From contig NW_025767191.1 of assembly GCF_003918875.1 (NCBI RefSeq), forward strand, positions 1,674,001 to 1,738,000: a stretch of 64,000 nt of DNA. Reading direction: 5' to 3'. The translations under genes were made by a program, and so were the position numbers. The notes beneath the pieces are model-generated. The model had not been told where the DNA came from. It did no database searches and saw only the letters and a program-made list of their open reading frames with translations. Origin of the DNA: Haliotis rubra (lineage: Eukaryota). Shown piece after piece: positions 1 through 12,300 of the stretch. Every line of letters begins with the position of its first letter. Position 1 is the first letter of the stretch.

Positions 1-176
1 TCCTTCGCATCTTTGCAATATATGACTCCATCATACTGTGGCTTGAGACACTGCATGAGATGCCGGGCATGGCATGATCCCCGACTTCCGTCCTCCAGGG
101 TACTGAATGCACGACCTGGCCATGTCCGCAAGTACAACGTCAAAACACACTGTGTTATCCCGGAGTCTCTAGTGCC

Positions 177-380
177 CTATCCGGGACCCGCCCCTAACTG
201 AACCACTTTGTTGAGAGTGATGTTCGCTGCCGTTCTCGCCCGGTCTTTGAAAGAGGGGTCATAATGAGTGAACTTCCACTTTTGACCTTTGTTGTTGTGA
301 TCACATTTCTGGAGAGTCAGTTTCGGCCCAGTCATCACCTCCAGACACAGACCAGTCTTCTCATGCTTCAACATCCCGTC
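177..380 (-). CDS. GALNT: GALNT terminal coding exon 10 (lectin gamma repeat)
   Basis: ttgcag|[15 protein letters not shown]...[15 protein letters not shown]...PG*; QxW motif. Confidence 0.9.
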   Translation of the reverse strand, partial: DGMLKHEKTGLCLEVMTGPKLTLQKCDHNNKGQKWKFTHYDPSFKDRARTAANITLNKVVQLGAGPG

Positions 381-3300
381 CTGCAACAGTGAGCGTAGAG
401 ACACTACAGCACATTCAGACATACAGACATGGCATTGAACGGAGGCATAGAGACACATTCAGACATACAGACATGGCAATGAACGGATGCATAGAGAAAC
501 ATTCATCTCACATACCACTGGCCTCATCCTACTTCATCTACATCCTCCATTGGATGAAGTAGGCCCATGGAGGGTGAGGTGAATTAGGCTGAGGCCAACT
601 TCATCCCACCTTCCATTGGCCTCAGCCTAATTCACCCCACCCTCCATCGGCCTACTTCATTCCACCTTCCATTGGCCTACTCCATCCCACCCCCATTGGC
701 CTCAATCAAATTAAGTCCACCTTCCATTGGCCTCAGCCTACTTCATCCCACCCACTATTGGCCTACTTCATCCCATCCTCCATTGGCCTAATTAATCCCA
801 CCCTCCATTGGCCTCAATCTTAAGTCCACCTTCCATTGGCCTCAGCCTACTTAAACCCACCACTATTTGCCTACTTCATCCCACCCTCCATTGGCCTCAA
901 TCAAATTAAGTCCACCTTCCATTGGCCTCAGCCTACTTAAACCCACCCACTATTGGCCTACTTCACCCCATCCTCCATTGGCCTACTTCATCCCATCCTC
1001 CACTGGCCTACTTCATACCACCCTCCATTGGCCTACTTCATCCCACCTTCCATTGGCCTCAACCATCTTAACTCCACCTTCCACTGGCCTCAGCCTACTT
1101 CATCCCACTTTAGACTGGCTTCAGCCTACTTTATCCCAACTTCCACTGGCTTCAGCCTACTTCATCCCACTTTAGACTGGCTTCAGCCTACTTTATCCCA
1201 ACTTCCATTGGCCTCAGCCTACTTCATCCCACATTCCACTGGCCTCAGCCTACTTCATCCCACATTCCACTGGCCTCAGCCTACTTCATCCCACATTCCA
1301 CTGGCCTCAGTCTACTTCACCCACCATTCATTGACCTCAATTTACTTCATCTCACAATCCATTGACCTCAGCCAACTTCACCCACCCCTACCAATGGCCT
1401 CGGCCTTCTTCAGCCGACCCTTTTGCTTAGTTCAAGATGCCTGTGTTTCCTTCATCCCCTCCAACACACAAGGTCTCACCAGTATGTAGTCCCATGTTTC
1501 TGTGGGCCCTCGATGCAGTCCTGGAGAAAAGGCACCACGTCCATCTCCTCTGTCAGTACCACGACACACTGCAGGGTGGTCCGCAGCTGCCGTCGGTGCG
1601 TCCACGAGAAACCCTGCAATGCAACTCAGCATTAAACAAAACACACCTCGCAACTGTACAAATGCTTCAGACAACGTTTACAAATCTTTCTTATCTCGTA
1701 GTAACTCCCGATTTCACGTACAACTTAGGAGGCCTAGTATCGGTTTTTCTACCTTAAAATCTAGAGACCTCTTAGCACCTGCGAGGGTTTTCGTTTTATG
1801 GTAACTTCCTTTGCAATTTTTTTCTGCGAATAGCTGCAACAATGCTGAAGCGGTGTTAAGCAATATTCACTCACTCACTCACCTTTGCAGTTTTAGCTAT
1901 CTAACTCATAAGAAATCAGCTGCAATATTGTCTCGCGTTGACAAAGCAAACCGGTTTTCATACCAGTCTGCTTACTAAAACCAAAACACCAAGAGGTTTT
2001 ATGCTAAAAACAACCCCTAAAATTTGCCAGCGTGATACACTTTGTGGATTACATATTTGCCCTCAAATTAAGGGTCAATTTTCTGAGGGAACACGACTCC
2101 AGCTCTGACCCACGCTGCCAACAACCCAAACTAATCTACACTCATTGCAAACGTGCCAAATATAGTTGATTAGGTTGCAACACAACGCCTGCGACTTAAA
2201 TACACCTGTATGAACAAGCTGCTTCTAACACCAGCTACAACTAAACAAGTGTATATTTACTCCAATAAACAAAACATTGAGAAAAGCACAATTTCCTCCT
2301 CACACGAAGCACGCTGTCGTGATTGGTTTTGATAGCAAAGGGAGGCTACTCTGCGCGTCCTAAAACCCTCATATTTCGCAAACCGTTGTCAGACGCGAAA
2401 GATGTGAAGTGAGGTGAGGTGAGGTGAAATTGGGTTTAACGTCGTACTTGAGAAAATTTCGCTCATATGACGACGTGCATGCGTGTGTATGTGTATGTGC
2501 GGCTGCTTGTACTAGCCCAGACTGAAGCTGGTTTTATAGTGCTAGCCCACTGAGATACCATGCCGCAGTGAAGCATGAATACCCCACTCAGACACATTAT
2601 ACTGACTCCGAGCCGACCAGTCCTTGTTGTACCCATTAATGCCGAGCGCCAGGCAGGGACCAACAAGTACCATATTTTAACGTCTTTTGGTATGACGCGG
2701 TCGGGGATCGAAACCGCGACCTTCCGCTCTCCGGGCGGACCAGACGCGAAAGAAGCACTGGGTGTGATAGATGTCACTTACTTATCAGTCACATCTGGTT
2801 GATGGAGCCTACATACAAATATTTCAGCAATGATACGACTAATCTTAAACTCAGTTCTACTGCTACCGGTGAGCAAAGATCAACAGCTACCAATAAGACA
2901 GAGCTCCCTAACACTTCCGGGAAACGCCCATCATTGCCTTTCACTGACCTGCGCTGGTAGGCTCTGTGTGCAGGGCTTGATGGTGAGCGGGTTGGGCGCT
3001 TGGAACAAATACTCGTCATTATCCAGGCACATCCTCAGGTCGGGGTTCTCTAGCTGTAAAATATACTATTTGATTAGCGTTGTTCCCAACAATGGAAGGC
3101 ATGACGATAACAGTTTTTAATCCCTCTCAAGCTGTCTTTAATCATGTTCAAATACTGTGTTCAACGGTATCCCCTCGTGAATCATGTTGAAGTACCATGT
3201 TTAACGGTATCCCCTCATCCAAATCGCTTACTCACCTCCCATATCACCCCTTCCCTTCCCGTCCATCCACCCCATCCCAGCCTGCCAACACTACAATATT

Positions 3301-6300
3301 TACCCCAGCATTGTTGGGCCCTCTTCCCATCCTACTTCATCCACCAACTCCCTACTACCAGGCCCGAAGCCCCGCCCCTAATAGGCCCCGACAACTACTC
3401 ATGCCATAGTACCAGGCCCGATGCCCCGCCCACAGTCACCCCGGCAACTACTCACTCCCGAGTACCAGCATCAATCTCCCGCCCACAGTCGGCCCCGGCA
3501 ACTACTCACCCCCGAGTACCAGCATCAATCTCCCGCCCACAGTCACCCCCGGCAACTACTCACCCCCGAGTACCAGCATCAATCTCCCGCCCACAGTCAC
3601 CCCCGGCAAACTACTCACTCCCTAGTACAAGGCCCGATGCCCCGCCCACAGTCACCCCGGCAACTACTCACCCCGAGTACCAGCATCAATCTCCCGCCCA
3701 CAGTCACCCCCGGCAACTACTCACCCCGAGTACCAGCATCAATCCCTCACGCCCACAGTCACCCCGGCGGCACTATCTCACCCCCCCTGAGTACCAGGCC
3801 CGATGCCCCGCCCACAGTCACCCCTGGCAACTACTCACCCCGAGTACCAGCATCAATCTCCCGCCCACAGTCACCCCGGCAACTACTCACCCCGAGTACC
3901 CTATCTACCAGGCCCGATGCCCCGCCCACAGTCACCCCGGCAACTACTCACCCCGAGTACCAGCATCAATCTCCCCGCCCACAGTCACCCACTGGCAACT
4001 ACTCACTCCCGAGAACCAGCTTCAATCTCCGCGCCCACAGTCACCCTGGCAACTACTCACCCCCTGAGTACCAGGCCCGATGCCCCGCCCACAGTCACCC
4101 CGGCAACTACTCACCCCCGAGTACCAGCATCAATCTCCCGCCCACAGTCACCCCGGCAACTACTCACCCCCGAGTACCAGCATCAATCTCCCGCCCACAG
4201 TCACCCCGGCAACTACTCACCCCCGAGTACCAGCATCAATCTCCCGCCCACAGTCACCCCGGCAACTACTCACCCCCGAGTACCAGCATCAATCTCCCGC
4301 CCACAGTCACCCCGGCAACTACCACTCACGCCCGAGTCACTTGGCAACTACTCAGTACCAGCATCAATCTCCGCCCACAGTCACCCCGGCAACTACTCAC
4401 CCCCGAGTACCAGCATCAATCTCCGCCCACAGTCACCCCGGCAACTACTAAACCCCCGAGTACCAGCATCAACCCTCCCGCCCACAGTCACCCCGGCAAC
4501 TACTCACCTCCTAGTACCAGGCCCGATGCCCCGCCCACAGTCACCCCGGCACCCTCGGCAACTACTCACCCCGAGTACCAGCATCAATCTCCTGCCCTAC
4601 AGTCAGCCCCGGCAACTACTCACCCCCGAGTACCAGCATCAAATCTCCTGCCCACAGTCACCCCGGCAACTACTCACCCCCGAGTACCAGGCCCGATGCC
4701 CCGCCAACAGTCACCCCGGCAACTACTCACCCCCGAGTACCAGCATCAATCTCCCGCCCACAGTCACCCCGGCAACTACTCACCCCCGAGTACCAGGCCC
4801 GATGCCCCGCCAACAGTCACCCCGGCAACTACTCACCCCCGAGTACCAGCATCAATCTCCCGCCCACAGTCACCCCGGTACCAGCTCAATCTCACAGTCC
4901 CCCGAGTACCAGCATCAATCTCCCGCCCACAGTCACCCCGGCAACTACTCACCCCTCCCCAGGCAAAGACGTTCTCGGCGTAAGCAAACAGCTCTGGCCA
5001 AACGTTGTCAAGGAACCATCCAAAATCATGACACTTGAGGCTCTCTCGCAGTTTAACGCGCTCACTCAAATCCCCGGCGTCGAGGCTCTGTCAACAACGC
5101 ATATACATGTATGGTGGGGGATGCACGAAAACTACCAAAGGACCACATATTTAGAACCTGAGCAGACAATAGTATTAACCAAGTTTTTAAATAGTTTTCT
5201 TCAAACAGTCTTTTTCAGCGACGTCTGTTTAAGACGGAATACACCCTTGTTTCGCCGCCCTTGTCAGAAATGAGACATTGTGGGTTACTTGTAAGAGGAA
5301 TATGAACTGTCTTAAATATAAAAACATAAAGATATAAAGAAGAATGAGGATAATAGAACTTCTTTATTCTGTATAGGCGACATTTCGACTATCTACTCAT
5401 TCTTCATCTACCCAACTTCTAGAATGCCAATCAAAGAAGCCATGAATATATAGTTGTGTAAGTAATTATTATATTGTGGAATTGACAATTTCATAGGAGT
5501 ACGTGATCTAGACTACCAGTTGTCGGACTCGACGGAACCTCCAAAAGTACTAAAATTGATACTTTGCAAGGAAATCCAAAGGTATAACATATGTTACATT
5601 TACTGAGGTATTCTGACACCGAATGTCTCACAAACCGCTCCTCACCTTCATTGCACGGGAAGTATTCATACACATATTTCTTGTAGTCGCCCATCCACAC
5701 CTCCACTGCTCGCTTGTAGTTATGCATCTCCGTCTGATAGCGCCCGGCTGGGAACGAGTAGGGCTGGGAGCGGGCGATATGGCCGATCTTGGAACAGGGG
5801 CTGTGCAGCAGCTGACCCCCACAAAGCCACACCTGTGGGAGCGGGAGGGACATCGACAGGTGTCATTGTTCTAGATAGTCGCATACTATTGATATCAGGT
5901 CCCGATGATTTGAACAGATGACCTACCCCTTGTACGTGATTGATCTTGGGAGGACCATATCATCTCAGGAATATAACCTTATCTCACAAATATCAGTCTT
6001 CGTGTTACAACCCATACCGTGTTTGTTCCAAACATATTCCAATAAAAACTTTGCAGGTTTCGCTCGCCACATCCTGCCTCACTCACCCTCATAGCCAGTT
6101 CCCTCACCCTGCCTCACTCACCCTCAAAACCAGTTCCCTCATCCTGCTTCACTCACCTTCAAAGCAAGTTCCCTCATCCTGCCTCACTCACCTTCAAAGC
6201 CAGTTCCCTCATCCTGCATCACTCACCCTCAAAACCAGTTGCCTTATCCTGCTTCACTCACCCTCAAAACCAGTTCCCTCATCCTGGATCACTCATCCTC

Positions 6301-9300
6301 AAAGCCGGTTCCCTCATCCTGCATCACTTACCCTCAAAACCGGTTCCCTCATCCTGCCTCACTCACCTTCAAAGCCAGTTCCCTCATCCTGCATCACTCA
6401 CCCTCAAAGCAAGTTCCCTCATCCTGCCTCACTCACCGTCAAAACCAGTTCCCTCATCCTGCATCACTCACCCTCAAAGCCAGTTCCCTCATCCTGCCTC
6501 ACTCACCCTCAAAACCAGTTCCCTCATCCTGCCTCACTCACCCTCAAAACCAGGTGCCTTATCCTGCTTCACTCACCCTCAAAACCAGTTCCCTCATCCT
6601 GCATCACTCACCCTCAAAGCCGGTTCCCTCATCCTGCATCACTTACCCTCAAAACCGGTTCCCTCATCCTACCTCACTCACCCTCAAAGCCAGTTCCCTC
6701 ATCCTGCCTCACTCACCCTAAAAACCAGTTGCCTCATCATGTCGCACCGTCAGAGCCAGTTCCGTGATCCAGTCTCACTCACCCTAACAAAAAACAGTTC
6801 CCTCATCCTGACTCACCCTCAAAAGTTCCTTCATCCTGCCTCACTCACCCTCAAAACCAGTTGCCTTATCCTTCATCACTCACCATCAAAGCCAATTCCC
6901 TCATCCTGCCACACTCACCGTCAGAACCAGTTCCCTCATCCTGTCTCACCCTCAAAGACAGCTCCCCTACCCTGCCTCACTCACTTTCCAAGCCAGTTCA
7001 GTCTATGAAATTCCACTATGCCTCACTCACCCTCCAGGCCAGTTCTATGTTCTCTCCACCCCAGATCTCCATGCCGCTGTCGTATGTTCCGATTTCACGG
7101 AAATAATCGGCATCTACGGCAAAGGCTGGACCCACCATCACGACGCCCCTGTTGAACAAGAAATAACCATTCCAGTAAAGTGTGTTTAGATTATGAGTTT
7201 GGAAAACACATCAATGTTCCACTGTGCTGCAGTGCACCTATTCTGTTTTCCCCTTCATTTCCATTTCTTGGTAAGAATACAAAGTTGAAATGTTTCCTTC
7301 ATTTTTCTATATTTACCTTGTTTATTTCCAACTAAGAAGACTCTCTATTTTACTTATACCTAAACGGTGGTGTTATCTTAATGTACCCAGTTGACCCAGG
7401 AGAGTCTATATATGCAAAAACTCACGGCAGAGATTCCGTCTCGGTCCTCAGCTCTTGTTGGTTCTTGCGGAAGAACGTTTCAAAGAAGACGAGTCGCCAA
7501 TCAAATCCGTATCTAGTCTTGTAGCCGGGCTCGAAGTCATACTGAAGGGTGTCTGCCTTGATGTAGTCCAGGTGACCCATGGCCACCGTGGAGCGATTCC
7601 TCTTGATCTCCACCAGGAGAGGCTGAAGCCTGAGGACAGAGAACGGAGTTGTCAGGCCCAGCCTAGTACGAGAGAGGGCTTGGTTTAACGCCCCTTATCA
7701 TATGTCCGATAGAAGCTGCCGGGACACAGTACGAGCGTAGCGACATTAGTGGCTGGTTTACTTGAACTGTAACAATATATATCTGAAAAAACGCATATGG
7801 CCAGACACTCCTGGCCCAATAACATCGCAGTCAGATGTAATGACAGCGTCGATCCGTCGGTGAGTGTTGCCGAAGTCAGCTATGACTGCATCACGGGGTT
7901 AGTGAGTGTTTTCGAAACAGTGAATGTTTGCATAGCAACGCTGTCTAAGTTAACTTAGGCTCAGTATTATTCCTTGCACTGCTATACTGCTATACAAACC
8001 CTATTAAAAGATCGCGTCGGCTAAACTTTGAGCGACCTATGGCCGTCCAATCAAACGCGAGACGGTCGAACGGAATTAACCAATCAGACAACGGCTACTA
8101 TATTTAGGATTCGGCGGGGCTTACAAATTGTTCTCTTTCCCGGTCGATAACACTGATCTCTCAAACGAAAACACGCATAAAACACAGACATTTGACCTGC
8201 AGTATATATATACGCGTAGGGGTTTCTAATGACATGGTTACTCTTAGTTTATATTTCCGCAAGATGACATCCTGGAACATTGACGAACGCTATTTTCAGA
8301 AACTATTTACCTACTGTTGTGAATAACGGCGTCCTCCATGTGTATCACTCGGAAGCGATCGTACGGAAAAATACATTCGGAATCGTTCTCGTACAAATGT
8401 TTTCGAGGTAAAAGTTCAAACGAATGTGCGAACTTTGGCGATTTGGTAAGCTGTGTTCTGATTGGTCAGTTCAAAGGGTTACTGACGCGACCTTCGACTA
8501 GGGTTTGTTAGATTCAGTATAGCAGCGTAACGAATAATACAGAGCATAGTTTACTTGGTCTGCATAGCAACGGTTACTGTGAGTGTCGTACCAGTCAACG
8601 TTCACCTCCATGTGGCTGTCGAAGAAGGACACCACTTTGCCCGTGACGTACTTGAATCCTTCAAGACGTGCCTTTATCAGCCCCACTCTCCGGGGCAGAC
8701 GGACCAGCATGACGCCCCGCTTCTCCAGGTGAGTCCTGATGTACGTGTCCAGCTCCTCCTTCAGCTCAGCTGGAACAGCACATGCAGCACTTGAGATATA
8801 GGCAACAACCTGCAGCAAGACCTAACGACCCACGTGCAAGATACGTGACATAAAATATATATCAATTTCCTTGACAACAATGCTATGTTTATTGTGGTTC
8901 GACACGAGCCGACAGAAAACATCCAACTGATTACTAAACCTTTAGCTTGTAGGTATTATTTCGAGTGAACGAAGTCCTGTTGGAAGAAATACTCATTTCA
9001 GTTTCTGGATGCTGTTGGCTACCTCTACCCAACTGACCATTAACTGCGAAACTGTGAATTTAAGTTCTGTAAGTTATTGAAGTTATTTAAATATAGAATA
9101 ATGTGTTAATGATACCGTTTACGTGAGCAGATTATGTATGTATACTATGTTCAAGATCAGATTATGTATGGTATACTATGTTCAAGATCAGATTATGCAT
9201 GTATACTATGCTCAAGATCAGATTATGCATGTATACTATGCTCAAGATCAGATTATGTATGTATACTATGCTCAAGATCAGATTATGTATGTATACTATG

Positions 9301-12300
9301 TTCAAGATCAGATTATGTATGTATACTATGCTCAAGATCAGATTATGCATGTATACTATGCTCAAGATCAGATTATGTATGTATACTATGCTCAAGATCA
9401 GATTATGCATGTATACTATGTTCAAGATCAGATTATGTATGTATACTATGCTCAAGATCAGATTATGTATGTATACTATGTTCAAGATCAGATTATGCAT
9501 GTATACTATGCTCAAGATCAGATTATGTATGTATACTATGCTCAAGATCAGATTATGCATGTATACTATGCTCAAGATCAGATTATGTATGTATACTATG
9601 CTCAAGATCAGATTATGCATGTATACTATGCTCAAGATCAGATTATGCATGTATACTATGCTGAAGACAGACTATTAAAGTTCACTGATGTGAAGCTGTT
9701 TATTAGTTTCTTGGATCAATCCACTTTATTTTTACAAGGGATATTATAAAGGTAGTTGTTAGTGCAGCCAACCATACCATATGTAGTTTTAACCCGCATG
9801 ACAAGTGGGACGTATGACTAATGGGAGGACACCAGTGTGTTATAACAACACTTGGGTAAGTTCTACTTGTGTATATATCATGTGGATAGAAATGTAATCA
9901 TGTAAATATAACATGAAGAATATGGTTTCCTAGCTTGTGTAAATACAATTTCCAGACTATTCACACGATATCGTCCAGGTACAAAGAGAAAATAACAAAT
10001 CATGCGCAATACACTGCTTCTGTCCAGAACCACGCAGTCAAGTTGTCGAAACGATACAGGGAGAATTATAATAGCTCACATATATACATAACGCATGTCC
10101 AAACAATAACAAGGGTGCTTGGTACAGCTTCCTGTTTTATTGTATTCTTCTTTCTTTCCTAACAAATAAAAGTTCAACATAATATTGGTGCTTGTCCTTG
10201 AAGAAATTCGCCATATTGAGAGGACAGGAGCGAAATGCTCTGTTTTATTCCATATTTGCACACAAACGCCGTAAACATCTCGTATGGCATTGTCGTCATA
10301 CAGAAAAAACTCACTCTTAACAAAATACCATGTCAACAAAATTGTGAGTTGTCGCAAAAACTGTGAGGAAGTCAACAAGTGGCGGCATACGATGAATTTA
10401 CTTCACCGACAAGGGAGCTTGCAGACTCCTGTGATCAATGGAACCATGGTCTGCCACAAGCAACTCTACTCGAACGTTTTTCTACCATATCTTGACAACA
10501 TACAAAAACATCTTGAATAGAAACCTGAAAACAATTATTAGAATGTTTTGGAAATTCATATAAATGTCCTGTTTACTGGCTGTACACGATGTAAACGGGG
10601 TTATTAACGTCAGTGAAATATTTATCAACTGATTTATGTGTACCAACAACGCCTTGTACAAATATCACAAGTAGAACTACGTGGTATGAGGTACGCCGCG
10701 TGGAGTGTATGTCCTTGGTAGGGGAAACTTCCACTAACCTCTCTATAACATCCAGGCTTAGAAGACGCAAGCATTGTTGTACTGGTTTAGTTATTTAACA
10801 TTTGTTGACTGTGTGGTAGAATGTATCAAACGTTTCGTGGAGACGCTAAATGTTGCCTAAGGAAGTATCGGGGCTTACATCAAGAATATTAACCCCTTTT
10901 TGACACCACATCCCTATACCAAACTGAATTATACTACATCAATATTTCTAGAAGGGCGACATCCTGTATTTGCCGTTAGCACACAGAACGGACAGCGGTT
11001 CAGCCACTCAGCGAACTTTGTGGGTAGTAAGACAGTGTGCCAGTACATGCCTTGACCCCACTTCACGAGTCGACGGTGGTATGAGAGTTTACAAGCAGAA
11101 GCGTCGACAAATTGACGATCTCCGTTATAACACAGTGTGCCAGTATATGCGTCGACAAATTGACGATCTCCGTTATAAGACAGTGTGCTAGTATAGGCGT
11201 TGACAAATTGATGATCTCCGTTATAACACAGTGTGCCAGTATAGGCGTAAACAAATTGACGATCTTCGTTATAAGACAGTGTGCCAGTATACTCACAGTA
11301 TATGCGTCGACAAATTGACGATCTCGGTTGTAAGACAGTGTGCCAGTATAGGCCTAGACAAATTGACGATTTCGGTTGTAAGACAGTGTGCCATTATAGG
11401 CGTCGACTTATTGACATTCTCTGTTGTAAGACAGTGTGCCTCTATACATCTAGACAAATTGACGATCTCTGTTATAAGACAACGTGCTAGTAGAGACATC
11501 GATGGTTTCGGTTATAACACGGTGGGATTTTCGACTGATGGAAGAATTACAAGATCGACATCCTTTGAAATGAATGACGTCACAGGACCATGTTTGTACA
11601 AAAACATAAATGGACATGTGTTTCCCAAGTATAGTGCACTCCACATAATAAATAACATACAGTCAACTCTCGTTAATCCGACACTTGTGGTTGCAGAGAA
11701 ATATGTCGGATTAACGAAAATGTCGGATTAATGAAAATGTCGGATTAATGTATCTGTGTGAAAATATCAATGTTTACTAAATGTCATGATCGTCATTAAT
11801 GAGTGTCGGATTAACGAGAGCTGACTGTATACTGAAGGGACGCACATGTCCTGACCATGTCGATATCGCGGATAATTGTTCCATGTGATTTGTTCCATAC
11901 TGGATCAATACACTGTTTAACCCCAAATACTGGGAGGCTTATACACTATTTATTCGTCCACAGCTACATTGCCCACCGGTCTTTGTACATGCATACAATA
12001 TACACATGCATGGAGGTTGTGAATGGCTTTCTCCTTTATTCTGAATGATAACTACTTCTGTCGTCATGGAAACAAACGCTGCAGCTTGGAGCCCCGAGAA
12101 CTCACCATCCTCCACCGGAAGAGTCGCCCTAGTGTAACCGCAGAAATTCTGCAGTATCAGTATGTATATAGCTATACTCTCTTGTATCAGTCTAACAGAG
12201 CCTCTGGATCTATACATTCCTGACATTATCCAACTACATCCTGCTACATCCTGCTACATTATGCTACAGCCTGCCACTTCCTGGTAAACCCTACCCCCAC

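Noticed and set aside
510-1400. Fourth donor-seeded array
   Set aside because: The array stops about 80 bp short of the exon 9 donor and its unit does not match that junction.
3144-5038. Mucin-like Pro/Thr/Ser-rich ORFs antisense to the GALNT gene (tempting as an enzyme-substrate pair)
   Set aside because: They are translations of a 52-bp C-rich repeat that is open in all frames, with many indels and no signal peptide.
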